Source: Dicyema japonicum (lineage: Eukaryota; Animalia; Dicyemida). From it: 64,000 nucleotides of DNA. A model generated the notes under the pieces. It did no database searches and was not told the DNA's origin. It was given only the letters and a program-made list of their open reading frames with translations. How positions within the stretch are numbered: position 1 is the stretch's first letter; each line of letters begins with the position of its first letter. A program made the position numbers and the translations under genes. Of this stretch, positions 23,801 through 36,909 are shown one piece after another. The stretch is taken from the NCBI GenBank assembly GCA_011109175.1, contig RDEW01000047.1:20324-84323 (forward strand). The letters run 5' to 3'.

Positions 23801-26800
23801 ATCGGGATCACGTAATAGTTAATTTGGTTTTACCGTGGTCATGGGTGTTAAATAAAATAAATAAAAATAAATTCAAATAAGATTATAGATGCCAAAAATG
23901 AAAATTGCTACGAAAAAAGCTATTGCGCAATTTGTTAATAACAACAAACTTTCTGAACTGATAATACCAGTTCGTATCAAATCATTATTGGACTTTCAGA
24001 ACCACAATTCACACATCACTGATCGTATATTTAGTCTTTAATGGGGTCCCGAACGAATTAAGCATTTCTCCTGGCTTTTACTGTGACCAAAACCATGACA
24101 GTGATAGCATTGTACCTTAGGCTTTCTATACCATTCTACGTTAACTATAGAGAAACATATATTTAGCCCCAATCCGACAATAGATTAAGCTTCTCTATTA
24201 GACAATACCACCAAAGTTTCCCAATATGAAATCTTTCAAGTTCCCTTCCTTCANGGACTTTCAGAACCACAATTCACACATCACTGATCGTATATTTAGT
24301 CTTTAATGGGGTCCCGAACGAATTAAGCATTTCTCCTGGATTTTACTGTGACCAAAACCATGACAGTGATAGCATTGTACCTTAGGCTTTCTATACCATT
24401 CTACGTTAACTATAGAGAAACATATATTTAGCCCCAATCCGACAATACATTAAGCTTCTCTATTAGACAATACCACCAAAGTTTCCCAATATGAAATCTT
24501 TCAAGTTCCCTTCCTTCAACCCATAAAGAAACGTTCCTCAAGACCATCGCAACAGGAGCAAGATTCTTCAGAATAAAATGACCTCCATCTCCAAAACGTA
24601 GAGAGTTTATAGGAACAGGATTTGTAGAACAGATAATAATAGATTTAGAAGCAATGATAGTTTTCATAGTATTACATATTGTGCTACTATTATGCATTAG
24701 ATCATCTGTGGCCAACCTTTTTTGCTCTCGAGGTACTTTTTATATAGCGATTTGTCTGGCGATCGACTATACATTTTTTGTATTTTAATAACAATTTTTT
24801 AAATATTAGATTTTATTTACCAAAAATGTGAACAAGAAACAAACGCTTCAAAAACGGAGAGAATTTTTATTTTATAATAAAAATTCAATGCTATTTTGTC
24901 ATTGTAAATCTCCTGCCGAGTGGTTAGGTGTCGGGCTAAAAGTGGCTTAAATCACAGGTTCGATTATCGCTGATGTTTACCTGGTCGAAGGTTCTACGAT
25001 GCTAAAATGACTTGACGAGTGACGCCGTCATCAGTGGAGATTCACTGCGGAACTGTATTGTCTAAAAGGACACACACCCAAAAAAAAGAAAACAAAAAGT
25101 GAAGAGTATTCCTTGGTTCTCTCTCTACGATTAGTTATAATAATTGTTCTTTGCTTAAAATAAAGTGTGTGTTGTGCCAATGGGGGCCCATAACTGATAT
25201 GGGTTCTCGGAAAGTGCGAACATTAATTCTCCTGCAATTATTTCGAATTCTGGTTCATATGAGGTGAAATTTGCTGGCTCTATTTGTTCCTTTCCTGAAT
25301 GGGTGACACCTTTTCGGGTGAGCCACATCACGTCAACCACACGTCTAGAGACTAAGCTCCACAAAATCAATTCAATATACCGGAAAACTATATTTATAAA
25401 GGTTCTCATTCTGGATCAATGGTTAATTCTTTACTCGCAAAAGCTACGACCCGTAGTCGCGTAACCAAATTCCTTCGGATCTGGAAGGAGGAAGGAAACC
25501 CGCTTAGCTTGTCCTTTTCCAATGCAAAAGAAAGTCGATTGGTTTTTATAGTTCTCCTCCACAATCGGATTCCTCTGCAGGGATGAGATAAAGCTCTTTC
25601 ACACAGTAGTGGGAACACGGGGTTCTAAAAAAATAAAGATATCTTTGTAAAACTTCAAAAGTCTCTTCGACTATGGGTTTTATTTTAAGAAGTTTGTTTG
25701 TGCACCGATGGTCCTCCGAAATTGGAAAAAATTTATCCACTTTAATAAAAGTTGGAACTACAAAAATAGCTGAGCCCGACATATCATAAATTGTATCCAA
25801 AAAGATGTCAATACTCTGGAAGTAGCCAAAATTAGAATTAAGTTTCTCTTAGTTATTTTGTTTTTCATTATAATATATAAGTTTTTTCTTTAAAAAATTA
25901 ATATATCAGAACTAAGAAAATACACATAGTTTCGCGATATCAATCGTATCGTTAAAACTCAATCGATTGCGATCGACCAAGAAACCCCACGCGATCGACC
26001 GGTTGTATAATATATAAGTTTTTTCTTTAAAAAATTAATATATCAGAACTAAGAAAATACACATAGTTTCGCGATATCAATCGTATCGTTAAAACTCAAT
26101 CGATTGCGATCGACCAAGAAACCCCACGCGATCGACCGGTTGGCCTCCCCTGTTCTAAGTGTAGTTGTTCAAAGCGAAAGCGTCTATACACGTTACATAC
26201 AAGTTTCCCAGTCACGAACAGAAATATGGTCAATCCATCTGATCATTTTTCATCACGTCTACAAATTAGACTACATTGGATAACCAGCCCTTTCCAAAAA
26301 CAGTCTAATGACTTCAGTTAAAGCTTTATTCCTGGGGACCCTGCCGGCTCTTTCCTTGGAAGCGATAGGAAAAGTCCAAAACTATCAATGCTCACCACAT
26401 CCAAATCTTTAGTCCAAGGCGAATTGAGTCTTCGTCCAGAAAAGTTCCCAATACTCCACATGAGATGGTATTGAGCAAAACACCAGGTTTCCACGGCGAA
26501 GCTTAAACTAGACAAGAGTCTACTTTTAATCCATTCGAAAATCCGACAGATGATGGTTATGTCAAAATCGGCCAGCCATGCCATCAATTGTCCTTGATAA
26601 CAGTCTATTAATGAACAAAAATCTTTGTTTTATAACAAGAAGTATCAAGAAAAGTCTAAAATCTAAAGAATAAGGTAAATTTTATACCAAAAGTCCTAAA
26701 ATCGACGTCAAATGCTGTATTTGTATCTCAGTAAATGATTCAGCCTAATTCTGACTCCTAGGATACCTTAGCCTGTAATATTGACCTTTCCACGCTTTCT

Positions 26801-27636
26801 ACAGGTCACAGTGCCAAATAACCTTTCATAAACGTCTCCACTAAGTAGCCAAGAAGAATTTTAGCATCATTTGTAACTACAAATTCATAAATCGATTTAC
26901 TCTTAGAATTCTGTGGTCCTAGAACTTCCTTTAGTTTTTCGTCTAGGAATTTCTAAGTTTACCACTTAGCCATACAAGAAGGTTCGTCTCCAAATTTGAT
27001 TTGTTCATGTGATAGAGAAAAACAGAAAATTAAATTATTAAAAATATTAATGGTAAATATATATTTTTATCATTTAAATTTTCGTATCCCCGGAAAAATT
27101 TCCACGTTATCTTCCTCATTGGATATCAACAAAAGCCGTCAGAAGCCTTGATGTAAATAAGCTTCTGTAGCGTTTTCAACCTACTGTTAACGAAAGCGAA
27201 GCTTCTGCGTGAAGTTCGCGTCGACTTGGCGCGCCTAAGTTGTGGTCATTATTTTAATTTATATTCAAATCTTTACAGGATTGGATAATCGTTCTCTCCA
27301 CTATACCCATCGTGCTTTCTTGACGACCAGAAGACGGGTCAACTTTTCTTTTGTCGGGATCCACCTTCTAGTTCTCTACAGAACCGAATATATTTGTCGG
27401 ATCTCAAGGAGCTTCCGATTTTGCCAGCAAAGTTTTTGTTAGTCTCCGGTTTTTTCACTTGAAAGGACCGGGGTTAAATAAATAAATTCCCCGTTATCTT
27501 TTGGATAGATTCCATGAAAATTGAAGATACTTCTAAAATTACGGAACGATGAACTTCTGGAAAATCTGAGTCTTCAATGCATCTAGAATCCTTAATACAA
27601 GAACCAAAGAACTGCCGTTGCGACTACAAGGAACCA
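20813..27636 (+). repeat. Large near-identical duplication, copy B, with extra internal tandem duplications (RTE 3' fragment present twice)
   Basis: Colinear with 6975-13305. Lacks the 7843 SINE and the 12739 insertion. ORFs 20799-21182 and 21607-22083 are both RTE C-termini. Confidence 0.9.
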
Positions 27637-28159
27637 GCTACACGCCCGATGTATACTTGCGCTGCCTCAAAGAAGGAGCATGCTGAAGTCTTTTTTAGAG
27701 TTTGTGGGATCACGTGATTTGTTAGTTTTGTGTTACCGTGGACTTTGGGAATTTTTTTATTTCATTTTCCACCGACAGGAGAAAGAGAATGAGTTAAATC
27801 AACATTTATGGGGAAATTATTACCCAAACAGTGACATCCAAGAATTTTGGGAGTAACTTGAACCCTTGTCTCCGGAAACTAGACATTATAAAGAAATTTT
27901 AATATCTGGGATTTAGCCTTTACAAAAATATATTTTCACTTAAATTCCGACAGTGGAGTATGTCTCTGCCTCATGAGCATATAGAATTTCTGTCTCAAAT
28001 TATAATATCATGTACTCCCAAAGAAGAAAACTGGTCAGTCTAACAAACTTCTTTATTCAACTCTTCTCTTTTTCTTATCTAAAAATGCAATCATTTTTCC
28101 TCACTCTCAGCGGCGTCGAGTCAACGGTACTGATTTTCGTCAATAGATTAAGTATCTCA

Positions 28160-28450
28160 TATCGTTAAAGTAAACAACTAATTAAGTGTATCCAGTTTCC
28201 ATTTCTACAGAAACAGAGTTTATCCGGGATCAGCATAAAAGGTAAGACGTCCATTACATGCAATTGTGGAAACACTTCCAGTGGAGTGGGGGAAATCAAA
28301 TGATTTTCATTCGTGCCGGCCAGACACTGGGCGTCACCTAGACAGGTGGATCACATGATGCCACTCTAATAGGAATAAAGAAGAGGAAGAGACAAGCTAG
28401 CAGATAACTTCAACCAATTAACCACGCAGCACCACATGCCGTCACGCGGT
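28160..28450 (-). mobile_element. SINE-like family 2 copy
   Basis: The reverse complement matches 5268-5555. Confidence 0.75.
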
Positions 28451-28468
28451 ATTCGAAAAATCTTATTA

Positions 28469-29070
28469 CACTCAATCCCATAAATGTTGACCCAATTCCC
28501 ATAAATGTTGACCCAATTCTCATAAATAATGACCCAATTCCCATAAATGATGACCCACTTCCCATAAATGATGTCCAAGTTATATATTATTTCTTGTGAT
28601 GCAGGCCTCCTTTAAATCTCTTGAAATTCGAGACTTAAAAAAATTCACTGAAAGTTTTTTTTGAAGACCAACTTGTGTCAGCGAATTGTCATTTCCAATA
28701 ATAGATCTCATTTCAACACTCAACATTTCTTTATCTTTCTTTTTTCGGCCTACTGTCTTGTAAAGATCACCGAAAGTAGGATCCTCGAGTTCACAGCTTT
28801 CGATCTTTTGTATACACCTGTTCAAACTCTTTTTACTGATCGAGGTGATCTCAATCAACTCTTTCTTTGTTTTATCTTTGTAAAGTCTTTTAATTTGATT
28901 AAATAGACTTTCGTTCATAAAAACCTTACGACTTCTCATATCTGTATTAGTTGATACCATATTAGGAAAAATTAAAATATAGATTTACTCGTGTATTATA
29001 ACTTGGACATCATTTACGGGAATTGAGTTAACATTTATGGGAATTGGGTCATCATTTATGGGATTGAGTG
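28469..29070 (-). mobile_element. Internally deleted Tc1/IS630-like element with TA TSD and repeat-built TIRs
   Basis: TA|CACTCAATCCCATAAATG ... CATTTATGGGATTGAGTG|TA. A 21-bp unit CCCATAAATG(T/A)TGACCCAATT occurs 5 times on the left and 3 on the right. ORF 28580-28960 has HTH-like N-terminal features (GRKKK..DNSLTQ..SRISRDLKEACITR) but no DDE domain. Confidence 0.8.
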
Positions 29071-29194
29071 TATATGATATTATGATTTGGAACCCATGAA
29101 AGAAAAAAAAGCTATTTAAAAATAAATCGAATTTTAACTTTAAATAAAAATAATTTGATTTAATGGAATAAAAATATTATCATAGAATTCGACA

Positions 29195-29320
29195 TGATTA
29201 AGCCAGGTATCGGGCAAAAGTGACTTAGGTTACGGGTTCGATTCTTGCTGCTGTTCACCTGGTGGAAGGTTCCACGCATCTACGATGCTAAACAGGCTTG
29301 ACGAGTAACTCCGTCATCAA
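29195..29320 (+). mobile_element. SINE family 1, 5' part
   Basis: B box GGTTCGATTCT and core present; truncated after CCGTCATCA. Confidence 0.75.
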
Positions 29321-29449
29321 AAAACCCACCAGTTTGAAAACAGGTGGGTTTTTTCTTCAAATTTGGTGTATTTGAGGCCTCTAGCTTTGAATGGAAAAAA
29401 CGACTTATTCTTGGCCACACAGACAGATGAAGCTAAAGCCATTATTTTT

Positions 29450-29990
29450 GATTGCGGCGTGGTCAAGCATTGGGGGGAAAGATCGGGGGTAGATTCGTTA
29501 GATGTGCTAGTTTGTCAATTAGGGAATTGATCTTGAGTGAATTTGATATCGAAGCTCCATATGCCCATGAGGCACAAGCGTACTCAATCGTCGATTTTAG
29601 GAGTCGATTGAACACGATGAGGGGATGGATTAGAGGTTTTGGACTACCGGCAAACCCCCAGACATATTATTTTAAACAAGGTCACTAGACGCGCTTCGGA
29701 CGCCACTGGGTTTTTTCTTTACTCGAAATCGTTGATTTGTATAGATGCGATAAAAACAAATAGATGAAATTTTGAAACTTATGGTTTGTAGTGTCACGTT
29801 TACGGACATTTTCGCTTTAACCAACTTCCCTCACATTGCTACAAATACCTCATTGACCACTTCGAAGTTCGAAACATTGAAATGTATACCTCTCCATTGA
29901 TGTGACATCTTTTCTCTCGCTTGTGAAACCTCCAGATCCCTCAGTCATTCGTCTTTCGTTTTCTTCGAAATACACGGAATTCATATTCAA
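29450..29990 (-). mobile_element. LINE RT C-terminal relic
   Basis: The minus strand reads VFNRLLKSTIEYACASWAYG, similar to the 8728 LINE. Confidence 0.5.
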
Positions 29991-30210
29991 AGACTCGTCC
30001 AACGCTTTTTTCGAAAGGCCTGTTGGTTATTTGAACTTATTCCCTAGCAGTCCATAAGGGAATAACCACGTGGTCAGGGCTGCGACCACTAACTCTGATT
30101 TTTTATTCATATTTTTTGAATCGATTTATTATTACATTTATTATGATGTAACGATTGATAGATTATTGATTATTAGTTTATAAATATAATTTTCAGCCGC
30201 GTTGAGGACA

Positions 30211-31203
30211 ATGGAAAACTCTGGTGTTTTGCTTAGTAAATTTATTTTTAGATTTTGAAAATCTTGCAAAGAAGGAGAAACGGACGTCAGTTAATTTTAC
30301 ATATAGACCTATTAATGCAATGAGTAAGTGGAGTAGACGAAGTCTTGAATATTTTAAAAATCCTCTTTCCCAACTTTTATATGACAGCTATTTATATTTG
30401 CTGGATTCTTGTATATATTCAGATTTATCGTAGTTGCCGGTAGATGGTGTAGATGCACGTGCTTTGAGTACAATAGATCATATATTGAAAGTTTCTTTGC
30501 CGACGGAAGCACCAGTTTCGTTGTGGGCGACCATTCTATCAATGATAGTCCAAAAATATTTTCTTTAAGAGACGTCCATATTTCAGACCGGAATCTCTAT
30601 ACCACAAAATCTTTGTAATTTTGGTTTTTGACTAAGAAAAACGATTGGTTGTGGTTTCCAAGTTAAAATGAACTCGCCTGGTTCTTACAGCATCAAGTGT
30701 TTGTCAGAATCACCAATGTATGTTATGGGACCTCATGCAGAAGAACCAAATCTTGTCATGAAAGTCTTCCCCGGACAAGAAGTCGAGGTCAGACAGTTTT
30801 ATAATCGATAGGTCTTCAACATCAAAAAAATGTTTAACTCCGTCCTGATCGATAACCTCGTGAATCCAAGTGATTATTATTACTCATTGTAGTAATCTGT
30901 CTGAGTCAATTGAGATCGACTCAATTGAACGCGATTTCTGTTTATGTGAGTTTTGACAATTGTTGGGGCCGTGGGTCTTTTATGAAGTTTATTCATCGCT
31001 CCCCCTGTTGGATAATGGTTACATATGGGTTATTTCAGGTTGACTTTAACATTGCTTATAAACTCCTACAAATTTTTGCAAATGGTTTTTATAAACATGA
31101 CACTGATAATATCCTTCCAGAAGTACCAAATCCTTACAAGTTTAAAAATTTTCGAAAATCTCCAGCCCGACCCGTCGCGGAGGATTATCTTGAAAATCAT
31201 TAA
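30211..31203 (+). CDS. Divergent SMAD-family protein, MH2 domain only
   Basis: Splicing 30224-30251, possibly 30286-30306, 30411-30433, 30615-30636, 30788-30811 and 30870-30892 gives an open frame. It reads WCRCTCFEYNRSYIESF..FSL..DRN..KTIGCGF..KCLSESPMYV..VMKVFPGQEVEVFN..VSFDNCWG..SPCWIMV, colinear with the SMAD MH2 consensus (WCSIxYYE..RFCLG..RHIGKG..CLSxxxIFV..KIPxGxxLKIFN..SFVKGWG..TPCWIE). Confidence 0.78.
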
Positions 31204-31394
31204 GTCGTTAATTGCTTTATGTTTTCTCATTTTTCTATTATAATCTTTTTTGAGTATTTTTCAAATAAATTTTTGGAGTCTTCTAGGTTATAATGAATTC
31301 ATCAGAGTAATTTTATGGACGGGTGGGGCTGTGCAACGAGTAACAGACAAGAGGTCTGATGGCCCCTACTTAGAATCCCGCTACTGTACATTTT

Positions 31395-31625
31395 GGTTGA
31401 AGGTTCCACGAATCTACGATCCTTTGACTTTAAGTGACGCCGTCATCAGTGAACATTTCACTCTGACCCGGATCGTTTATTAAGGATATACGCCCAACAA
31501 AAAGGAAAAAAAGTGAAAAGCATTCTATGGTTCTCCTTCCACAATTAGCTATCATAACTGTTCTTTACTTAAATAATGTTTCTTGTCTGATCGGAGCTAT
31601 AGATAATATGACTCTGCCTAAAAGT
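31395..31625 (+). mobile_element. SINE family 1, diverged 5'-truncated copy
   Basis: Core GAAGGTTCCACG..GTGACGCCGTCATCAGTG and tail GGAGCTATAGATAATATGACTCT. Confidence 0.7.
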
Positions 31626-34049
31626 CTAGTTTTTTTTAATTCTTTGGCTATCTGTCGTTAGACTGAGAATTATCATATTGAAAGAAAATAGGTATAGTTG
31701 ACTAAAGAGGCAATTAATTTCGAGCTTCTCAAGTAAAGATCTATCAAAAATGCTATATTTATGATCAAGATTTTTATTTCTGCCATTCTAGAGCCTTAAG
31801 AGTTTCTATGACTTATGGATTATATACTTGTATGAGTATCAACACGTATTAGAAGGCCGAGAGATCAAAACAAAAAAAATAAGCTGTCCTATCCGACAAT
31901 GTTATGCTCGTTCTACTCGCAGTAAAAACGTCCGGTTCTATCTCCTTCAACGCTCGAATTCCTGAGTGGTCTAGAGAATCGAATTTCTACACACTCTTGC
32001 TGGTTATTTAACCAAATTTCGCCCTAATCCTGAGAGGGAATAGCCACGCATTTAGTTTGGACGGCGTTCGTATAGTCCTTGAATTGATTGTTTAACGATT
32101 ATTAATAAAGCGACTTACAGTGCCAATTATCTCAGTGATCAATAAAATTGATTTTAATTTAAGGGTTCATTAAACAGCATTTATTTAGGGTTGNCCTAAT
32201 CCTGAGAGGGAATAGCCACGCATTTAGTTTGGACGGCGTTCGTATGGTCCTTGAATTGATTGTTTAACGATTATTAATAAAGCGACTTACAGTGCCAATT
32301 ATCTCAGTGATCAATAAAATTAATTTTAATTCAAGGGTTCATTAAACAGCATTTATCTAGGGTTGTAGAGATGCGCTCTTGAAGTCATCCAGTCTCACGT
32401 GGTTCCTGGTGACGCTTGGATCATTGAGCCGATCAGACGGAATAGATCGTCCGCTTGTGATCAGAAGATTCCTGACATCTCAACAGCAAATGATATTCCA
32501 GAATACTTCGGTACTTATTTTTCTTCTGATTCACGGCTTGCTTAAAAGCATGACCTTGATCCGAGAGTGAAGCGACCGAATTTTTAGGAGAGTACGTATC
32601 AACACACTTGCATCCCAAACCAGGTTCCGACCTTTAGCAAAAGGGAATGTTTTCATCCAGTCAGGGCCCCGGGTGAGACCGGTCGGCTCCAAATCAATTT
32701 ATTCTATCCGTCTGATATTTTTTCTACATGACCTAGAAGGACTCAACATTAATATTCTTTTTGTCAGCAATTCCATATTTAGAGGTAAGAAATCCTGATT
32801 GTCGCCAAGTGCCATTTATTAGTTTCAATAACTCGCAGAATTCTTGTTTGACCTTCGCAAACAAACAGCCGAATTATTTTCCAAATTTTTAAGAAAATGA
32901 AAGAGAATTAGTCCACTTGTGAACGTAACCGGTAAGTCTTCTCACAAAAGTCTTCCTTTTTAAATATAATCTTTCCTAATTTTCAAGATTCAGATGCTAA
33001 ATCAGAATAAGCAGTTAACGTATTTTTTGGTTCGGTATTATAAAGTTTCCCGACTATTAGCGAAACTTGTTCGATCAATAGCGTCACTTCTACTCATTAA
33101 CATTGAGATAAGAGTAAATATATTTTTGGATAAAAGAACATCTTAAAACTCATACTAAGGTCGAATTTTCAGTATCATAAAGACCAAGACGAAAAAGATC
33201 TGCATCAGAATCTTCTATCTATATTCCAGTAGGGGCAGAACCGGAAATTGCATCAATGACCAATTTTTTTGGAATTCTTAAAAAATATTTGTTATGAAGA
33301 GGGCATTGAACACCCGATATCTTCGATAATGGCTGTATTCACCATTAGACTGACAATCTCCATGTCCATTACCCTATGTCATGGACGATCCGGTTCTGCA
33401 GTGAGATGTTCACTAATGACGGCTCCATGTCATTTCTCAATCTAACTGAGAACTTATTTAGCACATAGAAAAATTATGTATCCAGGGGAGTTGCTGAAAA
33501 TGGGAAAATTAAAAAAGTTTGTTTTTAGCTAAAAAAATTGTTTTTTTTCGCTTAAATAATTTAGTAATGCTATTGGTCGGGAAACCCTATAAGATCCTGC
33601 TTCCAAAAAACAGTGGATGAACCAGAAGCGATGATAATGCCCAGGCACTATAAAAACCATCTCCGTTGGGATGTTTTCTGAGTCGCCCAACAATCGCATT
33701 TCCGATTTCGTCGACCACTACCCAACGGCTCCGATGGTTTCGAAGGCGATTGGGCCGAAGTTAAAACGATCTACGGTTGACAAATATGTCTTTAGTTTCC
33801 TCCATTCAGCATACTCTATATTAGTCATATTACTACTATATTAGTCAGAACTATCAGCAGAATATGCAAAGCAGTGAGGATACATACTTCGAATCCAACA
33901 CGAGAAATCTTCCAAGTTCAGCAAAGAGACATCACCAATTCTAGTAAAGATTTAAATAAGATGTTAGACTCTACTTTCTAAAAGAACCAAATTCTACAAT
34001 TATCGAGCAGCCTAACATACAACCACAATTTTTATCAAAAGTCTACTAA

Positions 34050-36909
34050 ATAGAAGAATCAATTACAAAGAAATCAATCGCATACAAAAAACCCAACATA
34101 TTCGGCCACGGAAACAATATTTCGACTCAAAACATCCACAACAGTAGAGCGGAATTCAATAGAAAATTCTATAAATAAACAAATGAAGTACTCTTATTTG
34201 TAATATACTCCAAATTCTTATCATCCTAAAAAAGTCAAATCATTCATTACAGCAGAAAAGTTCCATAAAGAGTGGACTAACTCCTCCACATCCCGTTGAT
34301 TGATTCCTTTCACAACTTTCCAAAATGGATAAAGAAGGTCCAGTCTGTCAATCCTCTGAAATGGACAAACAAGCCAACCTTAAGAATAAACGTGATCGGA
34401 TTTAAATACATGTCGATCACCTTCTCCCTGGAGGATGTACTACTACTGCTAATAAATTTATCCCTTAAATGTATCAAAAAACAAAAGATAAGGTCGCACA
34501 GATCTTTGGAGACATCTATTCATGTGTTACAACAGAATACCGTCGAAGGAGCATAGAAATAACGCAATGTCCCAGAGAACATAGTTTTTCTGGAACAACT
34601 TCCACCCACGAATTTGACTATTAAATAAAACAATCCCCAAACCCATCCTTGTTAGTTTTATGAACCAAAAATTCTATCCTGTGATTAACTAGATAAACAA
34701 AGTAGTTCCCAAGCCGAGATCTGAAAAATATGGGCTCCTTCCAAAAAGTGAACAAAGTCTCATTGAGAATCCACATCAAGAGATATTTCCTCAAACCAAC
34801 AACAGTTTGAGTTTCTTCACAATTCTGTTCAAAATTTAAAAATTCCTTATAAGATTCAGGAATAAAGCTTTTAAGTTTCTCAATCAGTGGCTTCGATTCA
34901 TTTCCATTAGCGGGTGACTTTTCAAAATATATGGTGGCATCTCCCGTAACAACATGAAAAAGCACCTCCCTCCCTAGTATATAGCGAAAGTCGGATAAAT
35001 TATTAAACTTTTTAACAACATTCGTGATAGTTTCGACAAATTCTAACAAATTATTACAAATATTAACTATAGAAGGTAGAATCGTCGATTTCAAGCAAAT
35101 ATACGAACAATCTGGCAGTAAAACAACAAATTGTCGTTATTTGGATCAAATCCATTGGAGATGAAAATTCTATTCGAATTAGAACGTCAAGTAAATCAGA
35201 AAATTCCACTGCAGAAGAAAATTTTGATTTTCCAGCATCTAATATTTTCGAGAATGAAAAATTCAGAGCTTTAATAAAATTGATTCTAGAATAAATTAAA
35301 TTCATAAAAATAATAAATTATATTTAAAAATAGTACCTAAAAACTGATGTTTGTGGCGGTAAGTCAAGAAATATGCAAATTTTGCCGAAAAAAGTACCAT
35401 TTTCTAAGGGTTGGCATGGTAGGTCGAGAAGCAGCTGTAGAAACTCGTTAAGGACATTTTCATGTCGATAAACCCATTTTTCAGCAAGATTAACAAAAAA
35501 GTTATAAATGTAGTAATCTTCCTTCAAAATCAAGAGTTCGTTGAAAACAAACGCCAGAATGTGTGCACAATGACCACTCTTTAATCGAAGTCCAAAAACC
35601 GTAGAAAACTCCAAAACCGATTCACCATACCTCCAAGAAAAAACTAAATGGCTTACTCGTGGTGCTTTCTGATTACGAAAGACAGGAATTTCATGAATCC
35701 CTCTGAATAGTCATCAAAATGGTTTAGTTTATATCTGAGGACATGTTCCAACGAGACTTCATCCTCCTCTATCTCCTCATCAGCGTCTTCTAGGAAAAAA
35801 AGATCAGTTAGAATTTCGGAGGTTAAGTTCTAAGTGGTTAATTAGGCATACAATAAAGTCATTGATGGCAGATTCAAGAAACGAGGATTGTGAGAAGGAT
35901 TCGATCAGTACTTGACAAGAGAAAAAGTCCAAACGTGCGAACAAACTAAGGATAAGTTCATCTAGAAGTAAGTCTAAGCAAAACGAATGTCAATGTCCTG
36001 GATTTTGTAGAAATTCCGCACCAATTTCTCAAGGAAAAGGGTCGATACTTTGAATATGACAACAAAATACAGTCTTTGAGCAAATATTTCACCAGGCTTT
36101 GATCCAATATCAAGGTTTCACTGGCTATGAGGTAGCTCAGAATCAGACAATCTCGGGGACTGTATACCACGTTGTTCTATGCGGGAAACATGCATAGAAT
36201 ACCTCCAGGAAACTCTTCAGGACTATCATGGAGTCGTTTTTGTGGGACTCGCAAATATATTTGATAAGGAGAAATATAAAGTTCATACTGTCCTCCAGAT
36301 CGTAGAGGCTGAGGGGGTTGGAATCAACGGAAAGGAGACTGCTAGCCTTTTCGAGAAGAATCTCGAAAAATTCCCTCACGTATTCATCTTCCACAGCGGA
36401 GATTATGAGAAATTCGAGGAGGAATAAGATATCTTTGTTGTAGTTGTCTATTATATAATTTATAAAATAAAAATTTTCATAATTCCTAAAATAAATTTTA
36501 AAACTAACATTTCACAGGAGATCAGAATTTCAAAAATTTCTACCAAAATTGAATGATTCGGTACTTTCCTGACAAAATCGGTGATGTTTGCGTAGTCGCA
36601 GTGAACAATTACGTTAAAAATTGTCTAAGTTAAGTAATATTGCAAAATACAGTGAAGACTGATTCGTAGTGCTGCTGAGTTTCAAGGACTGCCATAAAAT
36701 CAGCAAAAAGTGACGTCATTGAATTGTCTGAGATGTTATATGTGGCTTTAACTTTTGCGAGACTTTCTAATATAACTTGATAAAAGGTTTCCAAAGCTGA
36801 CAAGAAAAGAGTCGACTGAACATGGAAATTCAAATCCGCCTTTATTAAAGATTTCTTCTTCCTCGTCTTCACTGTTTAGGTATATCGTTTCATTACTCAA
36901 CGAAAACAT
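34050..36909 (-). CDS. Uncharacterised multi-exon gene (predicted helical, hydrophobic); 3' end approximate
   Basis: Chain of same-strand ORFs (36630, 36143, 35958, 35324, 35063, 34621) separated by short GT..AG segments. ATG at 36909 joins the 36872 ORF through a 25-nt intron. No family recognised. Confidence 0.55.

Noticed and set aside
28478-28580. 21-bp tandem repeats as a CRISPR array or repeat-protein ORF (28366-28578)
   Set aside because: There are no spacers, and the units are mirrored at 28996-29070 as part of a transposon TIR.
29319-29354. AAAAAACCCACC..GGTGGGTTTTTT hairpin resembling a bacterial intrinsic terminator
   Set aside because: The context is eukaryotic with no upstream gene. 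It lies at a SINE truncation point and is more likely a repeat remnant.
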